DNA of 64,000 nt from Mycobacteriales bacterium (GCA_040902655.1 JBBDWV010000058.1:1013-65012), one strand, 5' to 3'; positions 8,107-18,225 are shown, counted from the first letter of the stretch. A program made the numbers and translations. The notes: generated by a model from the sequence alone, not told the origin.

Positions 8107-8738
8107 TGGCCGCGCGTATCGAGCACCTCGTGACCAGCGGCACCTTCAGCCTCGACGGGCAGACCTTCGCGGTCGACAACAACGTGTGGCTGCTCGGCAA
8201 CGACGACGAGGTGCTCGTCATCGATGCGCCGCACGACCCGGAGGCGATAGAGGCCGCGATCGGCGACCGCACGGTGGTGGCGGTCGCCTGCACGCATGCG
8301 CACGACGACCACGTCCGCTACGCACCGGAGCTCGCCGAGCGACTGACGACCGAGGTTCTGCTGCACCCGGACGACCGGGTCCTGTGGGACCTCGTGCACT
8401 CACGGCACGAACCGGACGGCCCGCTGCGCGAGGGTCAGGTGCTCCACGTCGCCGGCACACGTGTGCACGTGCTGCACACCCCCGGTCACGCGCCCGGTGC
8501 CGTCTGCCTGTCGGTGCCCGATCTCGGCGTCGTCTTCAGCGGCGACACGCTCTTCTCCGGCGGGCCGGGGGCGACCGGGCGCAGCTACAGCGACTACCCG
8601 ACGATCCTCGACTCGATCAGGACCCGGTTGTTCACCCTCCCGCCGGAGACCCGGGTGCTGACCGGGCACGGGGACGAGACGACGGTCCGCGCGGAGGCCC
8701 CCTCGTACGACGAGTGGGTCAAGAAGATCGACGGCTGA
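8106..8738 (+). CDS. MBL-fold metallo-hydrolase (mscR-associated)
   Basis: THAHDDH, HTPGH and FSGDTLF motifs. TGATG stop/start overlap with mscR. Confidence 0.9.
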   Translation: MAARIEHLVTSGTFSLDGQTFAVDNNVWLLGNDDEVLVIDAPHDPEAIEAAIGDRTVVAVACTHAHDDHVRYAPELAERLTTEVLLHPDDRVLWDLVHSRHEPDGPLREGQVLHVAGTRVHVLHTPGHAPGAVCLSVPDLGVVFSGDTLFSGGPGATGRSYSDYPTILDSIRTRLFTLPPETRVLTGHGDETTVRAEAPSYDEWVKKIDG

Positions 8739-8786
8739 CTGCGCGCCTGAGCGGTCAGCAGGACGTGTTCCGCCGCCGGGCTGTCG

Positions 8787-8856
8787 CGGTGATCAACGCC
8801 GGACTTACGCACTTTCCAGGCGTCGCGTATGTGAGGAAGTCCGGCGTTGATCACCG
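8787..8856. repeat. 20-bp perfect inverted repeat with 30-nt spacer between convergent genes (REP-like element or bidirectional terminator)
   Basis: cggtgatcaacgccggactt ... aagtccggcgttgatcaccg. Confidence 0.85.
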
Positions 8857-8938
8857 GCCGGTGACGGCGGCCTGACCTGTCGGGCCCGGCTCCGCACGGC
8901 CGGCCGGACATCGCCGGGAGCCCGGACGTGTCGGCGCG

Positions 8939-10345
8939 TCAGACGCCGACGAGGCGCCTGCTCGACGGCCGCAGGTAGACCACCCAGGTGAGGGCCGCGC
9001 AGGCCAGGTAGAAGGCCATGAAGACCACGTACGCCGCGGTGCCGTCGCCGTAGGCCAGGAACGACTCGCGGAACGCGATCTGCACCAGCACCCCGCCGAA
9101 CGCGCCCACCGCCCCGGCGAGGCCGACCAGTGCACTGGCCAGCCGGCGGTCCTGTGAACTCGTCCGTCCGCCGCCGGACGCGACGCTCCCCATCGTCTCG
9201 GCATGGAAGATCGCCGGGATCATCTTGTAGACCGAGCCGTTCCCGATGCCGGTGAGCGCGAACAGCACCGTGAAGGAGCAGGCCAGCAGCGGGATGGAGT
9301 CCGACCTCGCCGCGGCCAGCACCACGGTCGCGGCCGCTGTCATGGCAAGGAAGTTCCAGAAGGTCACGGTGGAGCCCCTGTAGCGGTCGGCGAGCAGGCC
9401 GCCCACCGGGCGGATCAGTGAGCCCGCGAAGGCACCGAGCCAGACGTAGTAGATCGGCCGGTCGGCGCCCGCGGCGGCCAGCACCTGTCCGAAGGCGAAG
9501 CCGAAGCCGATGAACGAGCCGAAGGTCCCGATGTAGAGCAGGGAGATGATCCAGGTGTGCCGGTGCCGGCTCACCTCGCGCATGGCGCCGCGGTCGTTGG
9601 TGGCCACGGTGAGGTTGTCCATCCGGGACCAGGCGAGTGCGGACACCACCACGACGAGCGGGATGTAGAGGTAGAGCATCACCCGCGGGTCGGTGTCCGG
9701 CCCGTGAGCCAACAGCACCAGCGCGCCGACCACCTGCACGGCGGCGACGCCCAGGTTGCCGCCGCCGGCATTCAGACCGAGCGCCCGCCCCTTGAGGTGC
9801 TGCGGATAGAAGTTGTTGATGTTGGCCATCGACGAGGCGAAGTTGCCGCCGCCGACCCCGGCGACGGCCGTCACCAGGAGCAGCGTCGCAAGAGACACCC
9901 CAGGCTGGAGCAGAACCACCGCGAGCAGCGCCGGGACCAGCAGCAGCAGGGCCGACACGACGGTCCAGTTGCGGCCGCCGAACTTGGCGATAGCGAACGT
10001 GTAGGGCAGCCGGACGAAGGCGCCGACCAGCGCAGGTGTCGTCGTCAGCAGGAACTTGTCGGTGACGGTGAAGCCCCAGACCGGCTCGGGCATGAACAGC
10101 ACCATCACCGACCACAGCACCCAGACGGAGAAGCCCACGTGCTCGGACAGGATCGAGAAGACCAGATTCCGCTTCGCGGTCCGGGCGCCGACGGCCGACC
10201 AGAACTGCGGGTCCTCGGGCTCCCAGCGGTCGATCCACCGGGAGGCCCGGCGCTGCAGCAGCGCGTCCTCGGTCAGCGGTGTCCTGACAGCGGTGCTGCC
10301 GAGATCGGCCATGTCGCTGGGTACGGGGCGCGCGGGCACGCTCAC
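8939..10345 (-). CDS. narK: Nitrate/nitrite MFS transporter (NarK/NNP family)
   Basis: GVGGGNFASSMANINNFYP, LGLNAGGGNLG, FGSFIGF and GIGNGS signatures. AGGAG before the GTG. Confidence 0.92.
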   Translation of the reverse strand: MSVPARPVPSDMADLGSTAVRTPLTEDALLQRRASRWIDRWEPEDPQFWSAVGARTAKRNLVFSILSEHVGFSVWVLWSVMVLFMPEPVWGFTVTDKFLLTTTPALVGAFVRLPYTFAIAKFGGRNWTVVSALLLLVPALLAVVLLQPGVSLATLLLVTAVAGVGGGNFASSMANINNFYPQHLKGRALGLNAGGGNLGVAAVQVVGALVLLAHGPDTDPRVMLYLYIPLVVVVSALAWSRMDNLTVATNDRGAMREVSRHRHTWIISLLYIGTFGSFIGFGFAFGQVLAAAGADRPIYYVWLGAFAGSLIRPVGGLLADRYRGSTVTFWNFLAMTAAATVVLAAARSDSIPLLACSFTVLFALTGIGNGSVYKMIPAIFHAETMGSVASGGGRTSSQDRRLASALVGLAGAVGAFGGVLVQIAFRESFLAYGDGTAAYVVFMAFYLACAALTWVVYLRPSSRRLVGV

Positions 10346-10457
10346 GAGAACTCCTGCAGGAAGGCGATGGCGGCGGCGCCGCTCGGTGTCGTCCCGGACG
10401 CTAAGGAGTCGTGATTGCGACCCGGTCGCCTTCAGGAGGACGTGCGGTCACCAGCTG

Positions 10458-10484
10458 CTCACAGCGGCCCGTCCGCACTGTGCG
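10458..10484. promoter_or_regulatory. Candidate NnaR-type inverted repeat upstream of narK
   Basis: CTCACA-N15-TGTGCG, one mismatch from a perfect inverted repeat. Resembles the CTCAC...GTGAG sites I recall for NnaR. Confidence 0.55.
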
Positions 10485-10494
10485 GCGGCCAGCG

Positions 10495-11625
10495 TCAGGC
10501 GTCGACGGCCGCCAACCGGTAGCCGCGCTTGACGACCGTCTGCACGACGGCGCCTGCGGGTCCGAGCGCCGTCCGGAGCCGCGCGACGGTCATCTCCACG
10601 GCATGCTCGTCGGCCGGTTCGTCACGCCAGGCGGTGCGTAGCAACTCCGGCCGCGACAGGACCCGGCCGCCACTGTCCACCAGGGCCGCCAGCACTCCCG
10701 TCTGCCGCGCGGTCAACTGGACCGGGACACCGTCGACCACCACCGCGTGGCCGCGCAGCTCGAGTCGGTGACCGGCCGCCTGGACCGTCCGGGTGCGACG
10801 GGCCGGCAGCTGCTCGACCACCGTGCGCACCAGCGCCCCGAGCCGGGCCCGTTCCGGCTGCACGGTCGGTACGCCGAGCCGCTCGAGCGGTGCGGCGGTC
10901 ACCGGTCCGACGGCCGCCGCCAGCACGGGCCCGGTCAGCGCCTGGACGAGCGCGCCCTCGCGGCCGTCCTCGCGGGCGGTGGTGAGCAGACTGGCCACGG
11001 CCGGTGCGCTGGTGAAGGTGACGCAGTCGACGGCTCCGGCCACGACCTGCTCGACGAGACGCCGCAGCGGGCGGATGTCCTCGGCGGGAAGCCAGCGGTA
11101 GACCGGGATCTCGAGGACGTCGGCGCCCGCCGAGCGCAGAGCCGCGGTGAACTCAGGCAGCGGCTCACCATGCAACTGCACGGCCACCCGCCGCCCCTGC
11201 ACCCCCTTGGCCAGCAGCCGGGCCAGCACCTCGTCGGTGGCCTCGGAGGCCGGGGACCAGGTCTCCGCCAGGCCGGCAGCGCGGACGGCGCCCGTGGCCT
11301 TGGGCCCGCGGGTGAGTAGCTCGGCGACAGTCAGACAGGCCCGCAAGGACTCCCCGAGCCCCCAGCCGTCCGCCGCCTCCATCCAGCCACGGAAACCGAT
11401 GCCGGTGGTCACGACCACGACGTCCGGGGCAGTGGCCACGCAGGCCCGCGTCACGGCGAGCAGCTCCTCGTCGTCGTGCGTCGGCAGGATGCGGATCGCC
11501 GGCGCCTCCACGACCCGGGCACCCCGCCGCACCAGCAACGAGGTCAGCTCCTCCCGCCGCCGGGCAGCGGTCACCGCGACCGTGAAGCCCGCCAGGGGTG
11601 AAGCATCGGTGGTCGCCTCGGTCAA
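10495..11625 (-). CDS. nnaR: Uroporphyrinogen-III synthase-like domain fused to an OmpR-type winged helix (NnaR regulator)
   Basis: HemD-like N-domain (LAGFTVAVTAARRREE, VVTTGIGFRGW, TFTSAPA) and C-terminal VLSRPELL...EHAVEMTVARLR...TVVKRGYRL. TTG start at 11625 follows GGGAGG. Sits in a nitrate cluster. Confidence 0.85.
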   Translation of the reverse strand: MTEATTDASPLAGFTVAVTAARRREELTSLLVRRGARVVEAPAIRILPTHDDEELLAVTRACVATAPDVVVVTTGIGFRGWMEAADGWGLGESLRACLTVAELLTRGPKATGAVRAAGLAETWSPASEATDEVLARLLAKGVQGRRVAVQLHGEPLPEFTAALRSAGADVLEIPVYRWLPAEDIRPLRRLVEQVVAGAVDCVTFTSAPAVASLLTTAREDGREGALVQALTGPVLAAAVGPVTAAPLERLGVPTVQPERARLGALVRTVVEQLPARRTRTVQAAGHRLELRGHAVVVDGVPVQLTARQTGVLAALVDSGGRVLSRPELLRTAWRDEPADEHAVEMTVARLRTALGPAGAVVQTVVKRGYRLAAVDA

Positions 11626-11676
11626 AGCCGTCCTCCCTGAGCGGTCTGTGGTGCACCGCCAGTGTCTTCGCTGCAG

Positions 11677-11772
11677 GTTGCCGCGGTGTTTCCACCCGGT
11701 GTCACCGGACGGTGCACGACGCGCCCGCCGGAGGATGAGCACCTCGTCACCTGACCGGAACACGCGGGACAC
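11677..11772. promoter_or_regulatory. Candidate GlnR boxes in the nnaR/nasA divergent region
   Basis: Minus strand GACAC-N6-GAAAC-N6-GCAAC (11677-11703) and plus strand GTCAC-N6-GGAAC-N6-GACAC (11746-11772), similar to the GTNAC-N6-GAAAC consensus. Confidence 0.5.
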
Positions 11773-11805
11773 CAGCGCGGCATCCGCCTGCTGCACGGTC
11801 GTCCC

Positions 11806-13893
11806 GTGCCCTCCTCACTGCTGCCGTCCACGACGACCTCCACCCACTGCCCCTACTGCGCGCTGCAGTGCGCCATGACCCTGACCCCGGTCGATCGGGG
11901 AGCGGTCGTCGAATCCGGCCCCGGTGGGCTCTGTCACAAGGGCTGGACCTCGGCCGCCCTGCTGGACTCGCCGCGCCGGCTGTCCGACCCGCTGGTCCGG
12001 GACGGCCGACACGGCCGGCTGCGGGAGGCGACGTGGGAGGAGGCGCTCGACCGCGCTGCCGACGGCTTTCGCAGGGCGCAGGCCGAGCGGGGGGCCGACG
12101 CCGTGGCTGTCTTCGGCGGTGGCGGGCTCACCAACGAGAAGGCCTACTTGCTCGGCAAATTCGCGCGAGTGGTGCTGCGGACGTCCCAGATCGACTACAA
12201 CGGCCGCTTCTGCATGAGCAGTGCCGCTGCGGGCGCGCTGCGCGCCTTCGGCCTGGACCGCGGGATGCCCTTCCCGCTGAGCGACCTGGCCGACGCCGAC
12301 TGCGTGGTGCTGGTCGGCAGCAACCTCGCGGAGACGATGCCGCCGGTCGTGCAGCACCTGTCCCGCCAGCGCGCCGCCGGCGGCAACCTGGTGGTCATCG
12401 ACCCCCGGCGGACACCCACCGCTGCCGCTGCCACGCTGCACCTGCAGCCGCAGCCGAGCACCGACCTCGCACTCGCCAACGGCCTGCTGTTCCTCGCGAT
12501 CGAGTCGGGCTTCGTGGACGAAGCCTACGTCGCCGCGCGCACCACCGGCTGGGAGGCGGTACGTCGGACGGTCTCGGCCTACTGGCCCGCGAGGGTCGAG
12601 CGGCTGACCGGGGTCGCGGAGCCGGACCTGCGGACCGCGGCACGGCTGCTGGGTGAGGCCGGCCGGGCGCTGGTCCTGACCGCACGCGGGGCCGAGCAGC
12701 ACGCGCACGGCACCGACACCGTCAGCGCCTGGATCGACCTGGCGCTGGCGCTGGGGCTTCCCGGCACGCCCGGCTCGGGCTGGGGCTGCCTGACCGGCCA
12801 GGGCAACGGTCAGGGCGGTCGTGAGCACGGGCAGAAAGCCGACCAGCTGCCCGGCTACCGCCGACTGGACGATCCCGCGGCGCGGGCACACGTCGCCGCC
12901 GTCTGGGACATCGACCCGGACGACCTGCCCGTCCCCGGCCGGTCGGCGTACGAACTCCTCGACGCCCTCGGCACGCCGGACGGACCGTCGGCCCTGCTGT
13001 TGATGGGCAGCAACCCGCTGGTCAGCGCGCCGCGCGCAGGGCACGTGCAGAAGCGGCTGGCGGCGCTGGACCACCTGGTCGTCGCGGATGTCGTGCTCTC
13101 CGAGACCGCCGCCACGGCCGACGTCGTGCTGCCGGTGGCCCAGTGGGCAGAGGAGGGCGGCACGACCACCGACCTGCAGGGCCGGGTGCTGCTGCGTCGC
13201 CGCGCGCTCCACCCCCCGGCCGGCGTCCGTACCGACCTGGAGGTGCTGGCCGGACTGGCCGGGAGGCTCGGCTCGACGGCGGCGTTCCCCACCGACCCGG
13301 CTGCGGCCTTCGACGAGCTGCGGCGGGCCAGCGCGGGAGGGGCGGCCGACTACGCCGGCATCAGCCATGACCGGCTGGCGGCGGGTGAGGTGCTGCACTG
13401 GCCCTGCCCACACGAGCGGCATCCGGGCACTCCGCGGCTGTTCCTCGACGCCTTCGCCACGCCGGACGGCCGCGCGCGCTTCGTCCCGGTCGAACAGCCG
13501 GATCCGGTCGAGCCGGTGGACGCAAACTGGCCACTGCTGCTGACGACCGGGCGGGTGGCGGCGCACTATCAGTCGGGCGCGCAGACCCGGCGCATCGACG
13601 CCCTGAACCACACGACACCGGCACCGTTCGTCGAAGTGCACCCCTTCCTCGCCGAACGGCTCGAGGTCCAGGACGGCGAGCGGGTCCGGGTGAGCACCCG
13701 GCGCGGCGAGGCGGTGGTGCGGGCGCGCCTGACGGACACGCTGCGCCCGGACACCGTCTTCGTGCCGTTCCATTGGGCCGGTCGTGGTCGGGCCAACCTG
13801 CTCACCAGCGACGCCCTGGACCCGGTGTCGAAGATGCCGTCGTTCAAGACCTGTGCGGCGCGGATCGACCGGCTCGTCGAGGCCGCCCGGTGA
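11806..13893 (+). CDS. nasA: Assimilatory nitrate reductase catalytic subunit (molybdopterin oxidoreductase)
   Basis: THCPYCALQC, LCHKG, NEKAYLLGKFARV, DYNGRFCMSSA, LTGQGNGQGGREHGQKADQLPGYR, DPVSKMPSFK. Confidence 0.93.
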   Translation: MPSSLLPSTTTSTHCPYCALQCAMTLTPVDRGAVVESGPGGLCHKGWTSAALLDSPRRLSDPLVRDGRHGRLREATWEEALDRAADGFRRAQAERGADAVAVFGGGGLTNEKAYLLGKFARVVLRTSQIDYNGRFCMSSAAAGALRAFGLDRGMPFPLSDLADADCVVLVGSNLAETMPPVVQHLSRQRAAGGNLVVIDPRRTPTAAAATLHLQPQPSTDLALANGLLFLAIESGFVDEAYVAARTTGWEAVRRTVSAYWPARVERLTGVAEPDLRTAARLLGEAGRALVLTARGAEQHAHGTDTVSAWIDLALALGLPGTPGSGWGCLTGQGNGQGGREHGQKADQLPGYRRLDDPAARAHVAAVWDIDPDDLPVPGRSAYELLDALGTPDGPSALLLMGSNPLVSAPRAGHVQKRLAALDHLVVADVVLSETAATADVVLPVAQWAEEGGTTTDLQGRVLLRRRALHPPAGVRTDLEVLAGLAGRLGSTAAFPTDPAAAFDELRRASAGGAADYAGISHDRLAAGEVLHWPCPHERHPGTPRLFLDAFATPDGRARFVPVEQPDPVEPVDANWPLLLTTGRVAAHYQSGAQTRRIDALNHTTPAPFVEVHPFLAERLEVQDGERVRVSTRRGEAVVRARLTDTLRPDTVFVPFHWAGRGRANLLTSDALDPVSKMPSFKTCAARIDRLVEAAR

Positions 13894-15335
13894 CGCGCGT
13901 CGTGGTCGTCGGCAACGGGATGGCCGGCGCGCGCCTGGTCGACGAACTGGTCCGCCGCGACAGCCAGGTCGAGGTGACCGTCTTCGGTGCGGAGAACCGC
14001 CCGGCCTACAACCGGATCCTGCTGTCCGACGTGCTGGCCGGAAAACGCCGGCAGGACGAGATCGCCCTGACCGCGGTGTCGAACCGCGTGGTGCAGCGGC
14101 TGGGCACCGTCGTGACCCGGCTCGACCGCGCCGCACGCAGGGTGCACGCCGACGACGGGAGCAGCACGCCGTACGACGCCCTGGTCCTGGCCACCGGCTC
14201 GACCGCGCTGGTCCCGCCGGTGCAGGGGATCGCCGGGCCGGACGGACGTCTCCTGCAGGGCGTCCACGTCTTCCGGACGCTGGACGACTGCGAGGCGATC
14301 ACCGCTGCAGCCGGCCGGGCGAGGCGGGCCATCGTCGTCGGTGGCGGTCTGCTCGGGCTGGAGGCGGCCCGGGGGCTGCTGGCCTGTGGACTCCAGGTGG
14401 ACGTGGTCGAGGGCGCCGGTCACCTGATGGAGGTGCAGCTGGACCCGGCCGGTGGAGCGGTGCTGCGCCGGGCGGTGGAGTCACTCGGTGTGGGCGTGCA
14501 TCTCGGCGCGTTCGCCGCCGGTGTGACCGGCGGCAGGTCGGTCACCGGGCTGCGCCTCGGCGACGGGCGGCACGTCGAGGGCGACCTGGTCGTGCTGGCC
14601 TGCGGCATCCGCCCGCAAGTCGATCTCGCCCGTTCGTCGGACCTGGCCGTGGACCGGGCGGTGCTCGTCGACGACATGCTGCGCACGAGCGACCCGCACG
14701 TCTACGCCCTCGGGGAGTGCGCGCAGCACCGCGGCAGCGTCTACGGGCTCGTCGCGCCCGCCTGGGAGCAGGCCGCCGTGCTCGCCGACGTGCTGACCGG
14801 TCGCCCCGCGTCCTACACCGGCTCGCGGCTGGTCACGCGGCTCAAGGCGATGGACCTGGAGGTCGCCGCCATGGGGGAGAAGGCACCGGAGCCGGCCGAC
14901 TCCGGTGACGGCCTCGAGGTGCTGACCTTCACCGACCCGGCGCGGCACGTCTACAAGAAGGTGGTGGTGCGCGACGGCGTCGTGACCGGCGCCCTGCTGC
15001 TCGGCGACCTGTCCAGCGCCGGGACCGTCACGCAGGCCTTCGACCGTGCGACACCGCTGCCGGCCGACCGGCTGCACCTGCTGTTCGCCGGTGTCGGCCG
15101 GGCCGGCCAGGTCGACGCGAAGGACCTGGCCGACGACGCCGTCGTCTGCACCTGCAACGCGGTCACGGCCGCGGCCGTCCGCAGCTGCGCTGCCGACGGC
15201 TGCCGCACGGTCGCCGACGTCGCCTGCGCCACCCGGGCCACCACCGGCTGCGGCAGCTGCACCCCCTCGGTCCGGCGCCTGGTCGAGACGACCCCCTCGA
15301 CACCCGTGCTCGTCCCGGAAAGGAGAAGCGCATGA
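13890..15335 (+). CDS. NasB/NirB-like FAD-dependent electron-transfer subunit with C-terminal BFD-like [2Fe-2S] domain
   Basis: VVVGNGMAG, YNRILLS, GGGLLGLEAA, CTCNAV...TTGCGSC. GTGA overlap with nasA. Confidence 0.85.
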   Translation: MTRVVVVGNGMAGARLVDELVRRDSQVEVTVFGAENRPAYNRILLSDVLAGKRRQDEIALTAVSNRVVQRLGTVVTRLDRAARRVHADDGSSTPYDALVLATGSTALVPPVQGIAGPDGRLLQGVHVFRTLDDCEAITAAAGRARRAIVVGGGLLGLEAARGLLACGLQVDVVEGAGHLMEVQLDPAGGAVLRRAVESLGVGVHLGAFAAGVTGGRSVTGLRLGDGRHVEGDLVVLACGIRPQVDLARSSDLAVDRAVLVDDMLRTSDPHVYALGECAQHRGSVYGLVAPAWEQAAVLADVLTGRPASYTGSRLVTRLKAMDLEVAAMGEKAPEPADSGDGLEVLTFTDPARHVYKKVVVRDGVVTGALLLGDLSSAGTVTQAFDRATPLPADRLHLLFAGVGRAGQVDAKDLADDAVVCTCNAVTAAAVRSCAADGCRTVADVACATRATTGCGSCTPSVRRLVETTPSTPVLVPERRSA

Positions 15336-17884
15336 CCCGGAGAACCCTCGTCGTCGTCGGCCACGGGATGGTCGGCCACCGCCTGGTCGAGCTCGCCGTA
15401 GAACGCGGCCTGATCGCGGACGGCTGGGACGTGGTCGTGCACGCGGCCGAGCCGGTGCCGGCCTACGACCGGGTCGGGCTGTCCTCGTGGTTCCGCGGGA
15501 CCACGGCCGACGAGCTGTCCCTGGTCCGCGACGGATTCTTCGACCATCCGGCGCTGGACCTGCGGCTGGACGACAGCGTCGTCAGCATCGACGTCGACGC
15601 CCGCACCGTCACCTCCCGGTCCGGCCACGTCACCGCGTACGACGCGCTCGTGCTCGCGACCGGCTCGACCGCCTTCGTCCCGCCGGTGCCTGGTGCGACC
15701 GGAGCGCACCGGTTCGTCTACCGGACGCTGGAGGACCTGGAGCGGATCCGGGCCGCGGCGTCCGGTGCACGCACCGGTGCGGTGGTCGGCGGTGGGCTGC
15801 TCGGACTCGAGGCGGCCGACGCCCTACGGTCCCTGGGGCTGGACACCACGGTCGTCGAGTTCGCCCCGCGGCTGATGCCGGTGCAGGTCGACGAGGCCGG
15901 CGGGCAGGCGCTGCGCCGGCTCGTCGAGGAGCTCGGCGTGCACGTGCGGACCGGTGCGTCGACTCAGCGCATCGAGGAGACCGGCGACACGCTGCGGATG
16001 GTGTTCGCCGAAGGCGAGCCGCTGGAGGTCGACCTGGTCGTCTTCTCCGCGGGTATCCGCCCGGACGACGCGCTGGCCCGCAGTGCCGGGCTGCAGGTTG
16101 CCGAGCGTGGCGGCGTCCTGGTCGACGACGCCTGCATGGCCAGTGCTTCGGACGTCTACGCGGTCGGTGAGTGCGCCAGCGCCGCCGGCCGCTGCTGGGG
16201 TCTGGTCGCTCCCGGCTACGACCAGGCCGCCGTGGTCGTCGACCGGCTGCTCGGCGGGGACGGCGCGTTCACCGGAGCGGACATGTCGACCAAGCTGAAG
16301 CTGATGGGCATCGACGTCGCCAGCTTCGGTGACGCCCATGCCGTCACCCCCGGCGCGCTGGAGCTGGTCTGGGCCGACCCGGTCGCCGGCGTCTACAAGA
16401 AGCTGGTGGTCAGTGACGACGCCCGGCATCTGCTCGGCGGCATCCTGGTGGGGGACGCCTCGGCCTATCCGGTGCTGCGACCGCTGGCCGGCAGCGACGC
16501 GGCGATCCCCGGCAACCCGGCCGACCTCGTTCTCCCGGACCGTGCCGGCGGGCCGGTCGGGGTCGGCGCCGCCGCGCTGCCGGGGTCCGCGCAGGTGTGT
16601 TCGTGCCGCGACGTCAGCAAGGGCGAGATCTGCGCCGCGGTGACCGACGGTGGCTGCCGTGACGTCGCCGCCGTCAAGGGCTGCACCGGTGCCGGGACCG
16701 TCTGCGGTTCCTGCGTGGGGCTGGTCAAGGAGCTGGTCGCGACCGAGCTCGACGGCCTCGGCGTGACCTCCTCGAACGCGCTGTGCGAGCACTTCGACCT
16801 CAGCCGCGCCGAGCTGTTCGAGGTCGTGCGGGTCAAGGACATCCGCAGCTGGAGTCGGTTGCTGAGCGAGCACGGCCGTGGGCGCGGCTGCGACATCTGC
16901 AAGCCCACCGTCGCCTCGATCCTGGCCAGCCTGGACAACGGCTACGTCCTCGACGGCGAGCGCGGCACCCTGCAGGACACCAACGACCACATGCTGGCCA
17001 ACCTGCAGAAGGACGGTACGTACTCCGTCGTCCCGCGCATCCCCGGCGGCGAGGTCACCCCCGAGCACCTCATCGTGATCGGCCGGGTGGCCAAAGACTT
17101 CGGGCTCTACACGAAGATCACCGGCGGTCAGCGCATCGACATGTTCGGTGCCCGGGTGGAACAGCTGCCGCCGATCTGGAAGCGACTGGTCGACGCCGGA
17201 ATGGAGAGCGGCCACGCGTACGGCAAGTCGCTGCGGACGGTGAAGTCCTGCGTCGGGCAGACGTGGTGCCGCTTCGGAGTGCAGGACTCCACGACCTTGG
17301 CCATCGAGCTGGAGCTGCGCTACCGCGGGCTGCGCAGCCCGCACAAGGTGAAGATGGGCGTCTCCGGGTGTGCCCGCGAGTGCGCGGAGGCGCGCAGCAA
17401 GGACTTCGGCGTGATCGCCACCGAGAGCGGGTGGAACCTCTACGTCGGCGGCAACGGCGGCTTCCGTCCGCGGCACGCCGACCTGTTCCTGCAGGACGTC
17501 GACACCGACACCCTGGTCCGCACGATCGACCGGGTGCTGATGCTCTACGTCTTCACCGCCGACCGGCTGCAGCGCACCGCCCCGTGGATCGAGTCGATGG
17601 ACGGCGGGCTGGAGCATCTGCGGGCCGTGGTCGTGGACGACAGCCTCGGCCTATGCGCCGAGCTCGACGAGGCGATGGCGCGGCACGTCGAGACCTACTC
17701 CGACGAGTGGGCCGACACGCTCGCCGACCCCGAGCGACTGGCCCGCTTCACATCCTTCGTGAACGCCCCGGACGTTCCCGACCCGAGCATCGCGTTCGTC
17801 GAGGAACGCGGCCAGATCCGTCCTGCACGTCCCGACGAGAAGCCGCTCGTCGCCGGTCCTGTCCTGGAGGTGGTGCGCTCATGA
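15332..17884 (+). CDS. nirB: Nitrite reductase (NADH) large subunit
   Basis: VVGHGMVGH, two BFD domains, NLQKDGTYSVVPRIPGG, KSCVGQTWCRFG, SGCARECAEA. Confidence 0.95.
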   Translation: MTRRTLVVVGHGMVGHRLVELAVERGLIADGWDVVVHAAEPVPAYDRVGLSSWFRGTTADELSLVRDGFFDHPALDLRLDDSVVSIDVDARTVTSRSGHVTAYDALVLATGSTAFVPPVPGATGAHRFVYRTLEDLERIRAAASGARTGAVVGGGLLGLEAADALRSLGLDTTVVEFAPRLMPVQVDEAGGQALRRLVEELGVHVRTGASTQRIEETGDTLRMVFAEGEPLEVDLVVFSAGIRPDDALARSAGLQVAERGGVLVDDACMASASDVYAVGECASAAGRCWGLVAPGYDQAAVVVDRLLGGDGAFTGADMSTKLKLMGIDVASFGDAHAVTPGALELVWADPVAGVYKKLVVSDDARHLLGGILVGDASAYPVLRPLAGSDAAIPGNPADLVLPDRAGGPVGVGAAALPGSAQVCSCRDVSKGEICAAVTDGGCRDVAAVKGCTGAGTVCGSCVGLVKELVATELDGLGVTSSNALCEHFDLSRAELFEVVRVKDIRSWSRLLSEHGRGRGCDICKPTVASILASLDNGYVLDGERGTLQDTNDHMLANLQKDGTYSVVPRIPGGEVTPEHLIVIGRVAKDFGLYTKITGGQRIDMFGARVEQLPPIWKRLVDAGMESGHAYGKSLRTVKSCVGQTWCRFGVQDSTTLAIELELRYRGLRSPHKVKMGVSGCARECAEARSKDFGVIATESGWNLYVGGNGGFRPRHADLFLQDVDTDTLVRTIDRVLMLYVFTADRLQRTAPWIESMDGGLEHLRAVVVDDSLGLCAELDEAMARHVETYSDEWADTLADPERLARFTSFVNAPDVPDPSIAFVEERGQIRPARPDEKPLVAGPVLEVVRS

Positions 17885-18225
17885 GCGCTTTCCGATCGAT
17901 CTGCCCGGCTTCCCGGCTGCCCGTCGACCGGGGGGTCGCCGCGCTGGTCGACGGTGAGCAGGTGGCCGTCTTCCGCACCGCGGACGGCGACCTGCACGCG
18001 GTCTCCAACCACGACCCGTTCAGCGGGGCGATGGTGCTCTCCCGCGGCATCGTCGGCAGCCGCGGCGACCGGTCGACGGTCGCCAGTCCGGTGTACAAGC
18101 AGGTCTTCGACCTGGCCACGGGGGAGTGCGTCGACGACCCCGAGGTGCGCCTGGCCGTCCACGAGGTACGCGTGCGGAACGGCATGGTCGAGGTCGCCCT
18201 CCTGACGCGGGCGCTCAGCGCGTAG
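17881..18225 (+). CDS. nirD: Nitrite reductase small subunit
   Basis: SNHDPFSGAMVLSRGIVG, VASPVYKQVFDLATGEC. ATGA overlap with nirB. Confidence 0.93.
   Translation: MSAFRSICPASRLPVDRGVAALVDGEQVAVFRTADGDLHAVSNHDPFSGAMVLSRGIVGSRGDRSTVASPVYKQVFDLATGECVDDPEVRLAVHEVRVRNGMVEVALLTRALSA

Noticed and set aside
10495-11796. Stand-alone uroporphyrinogen-III synthase (hemD) of 433 aa
   Set aside because: The C-terminal winged helix and nitrate-cluster context indicate NnaR, and the upstream 57 codons overlap the divergent promoter region.
13890-15335. Second or truncated nirB copy (pseudogene)
   Set aside because: An intact flavoprotein plus BFD protein between nasA and nirB is the normal NasB-type electron-transfer subunit.
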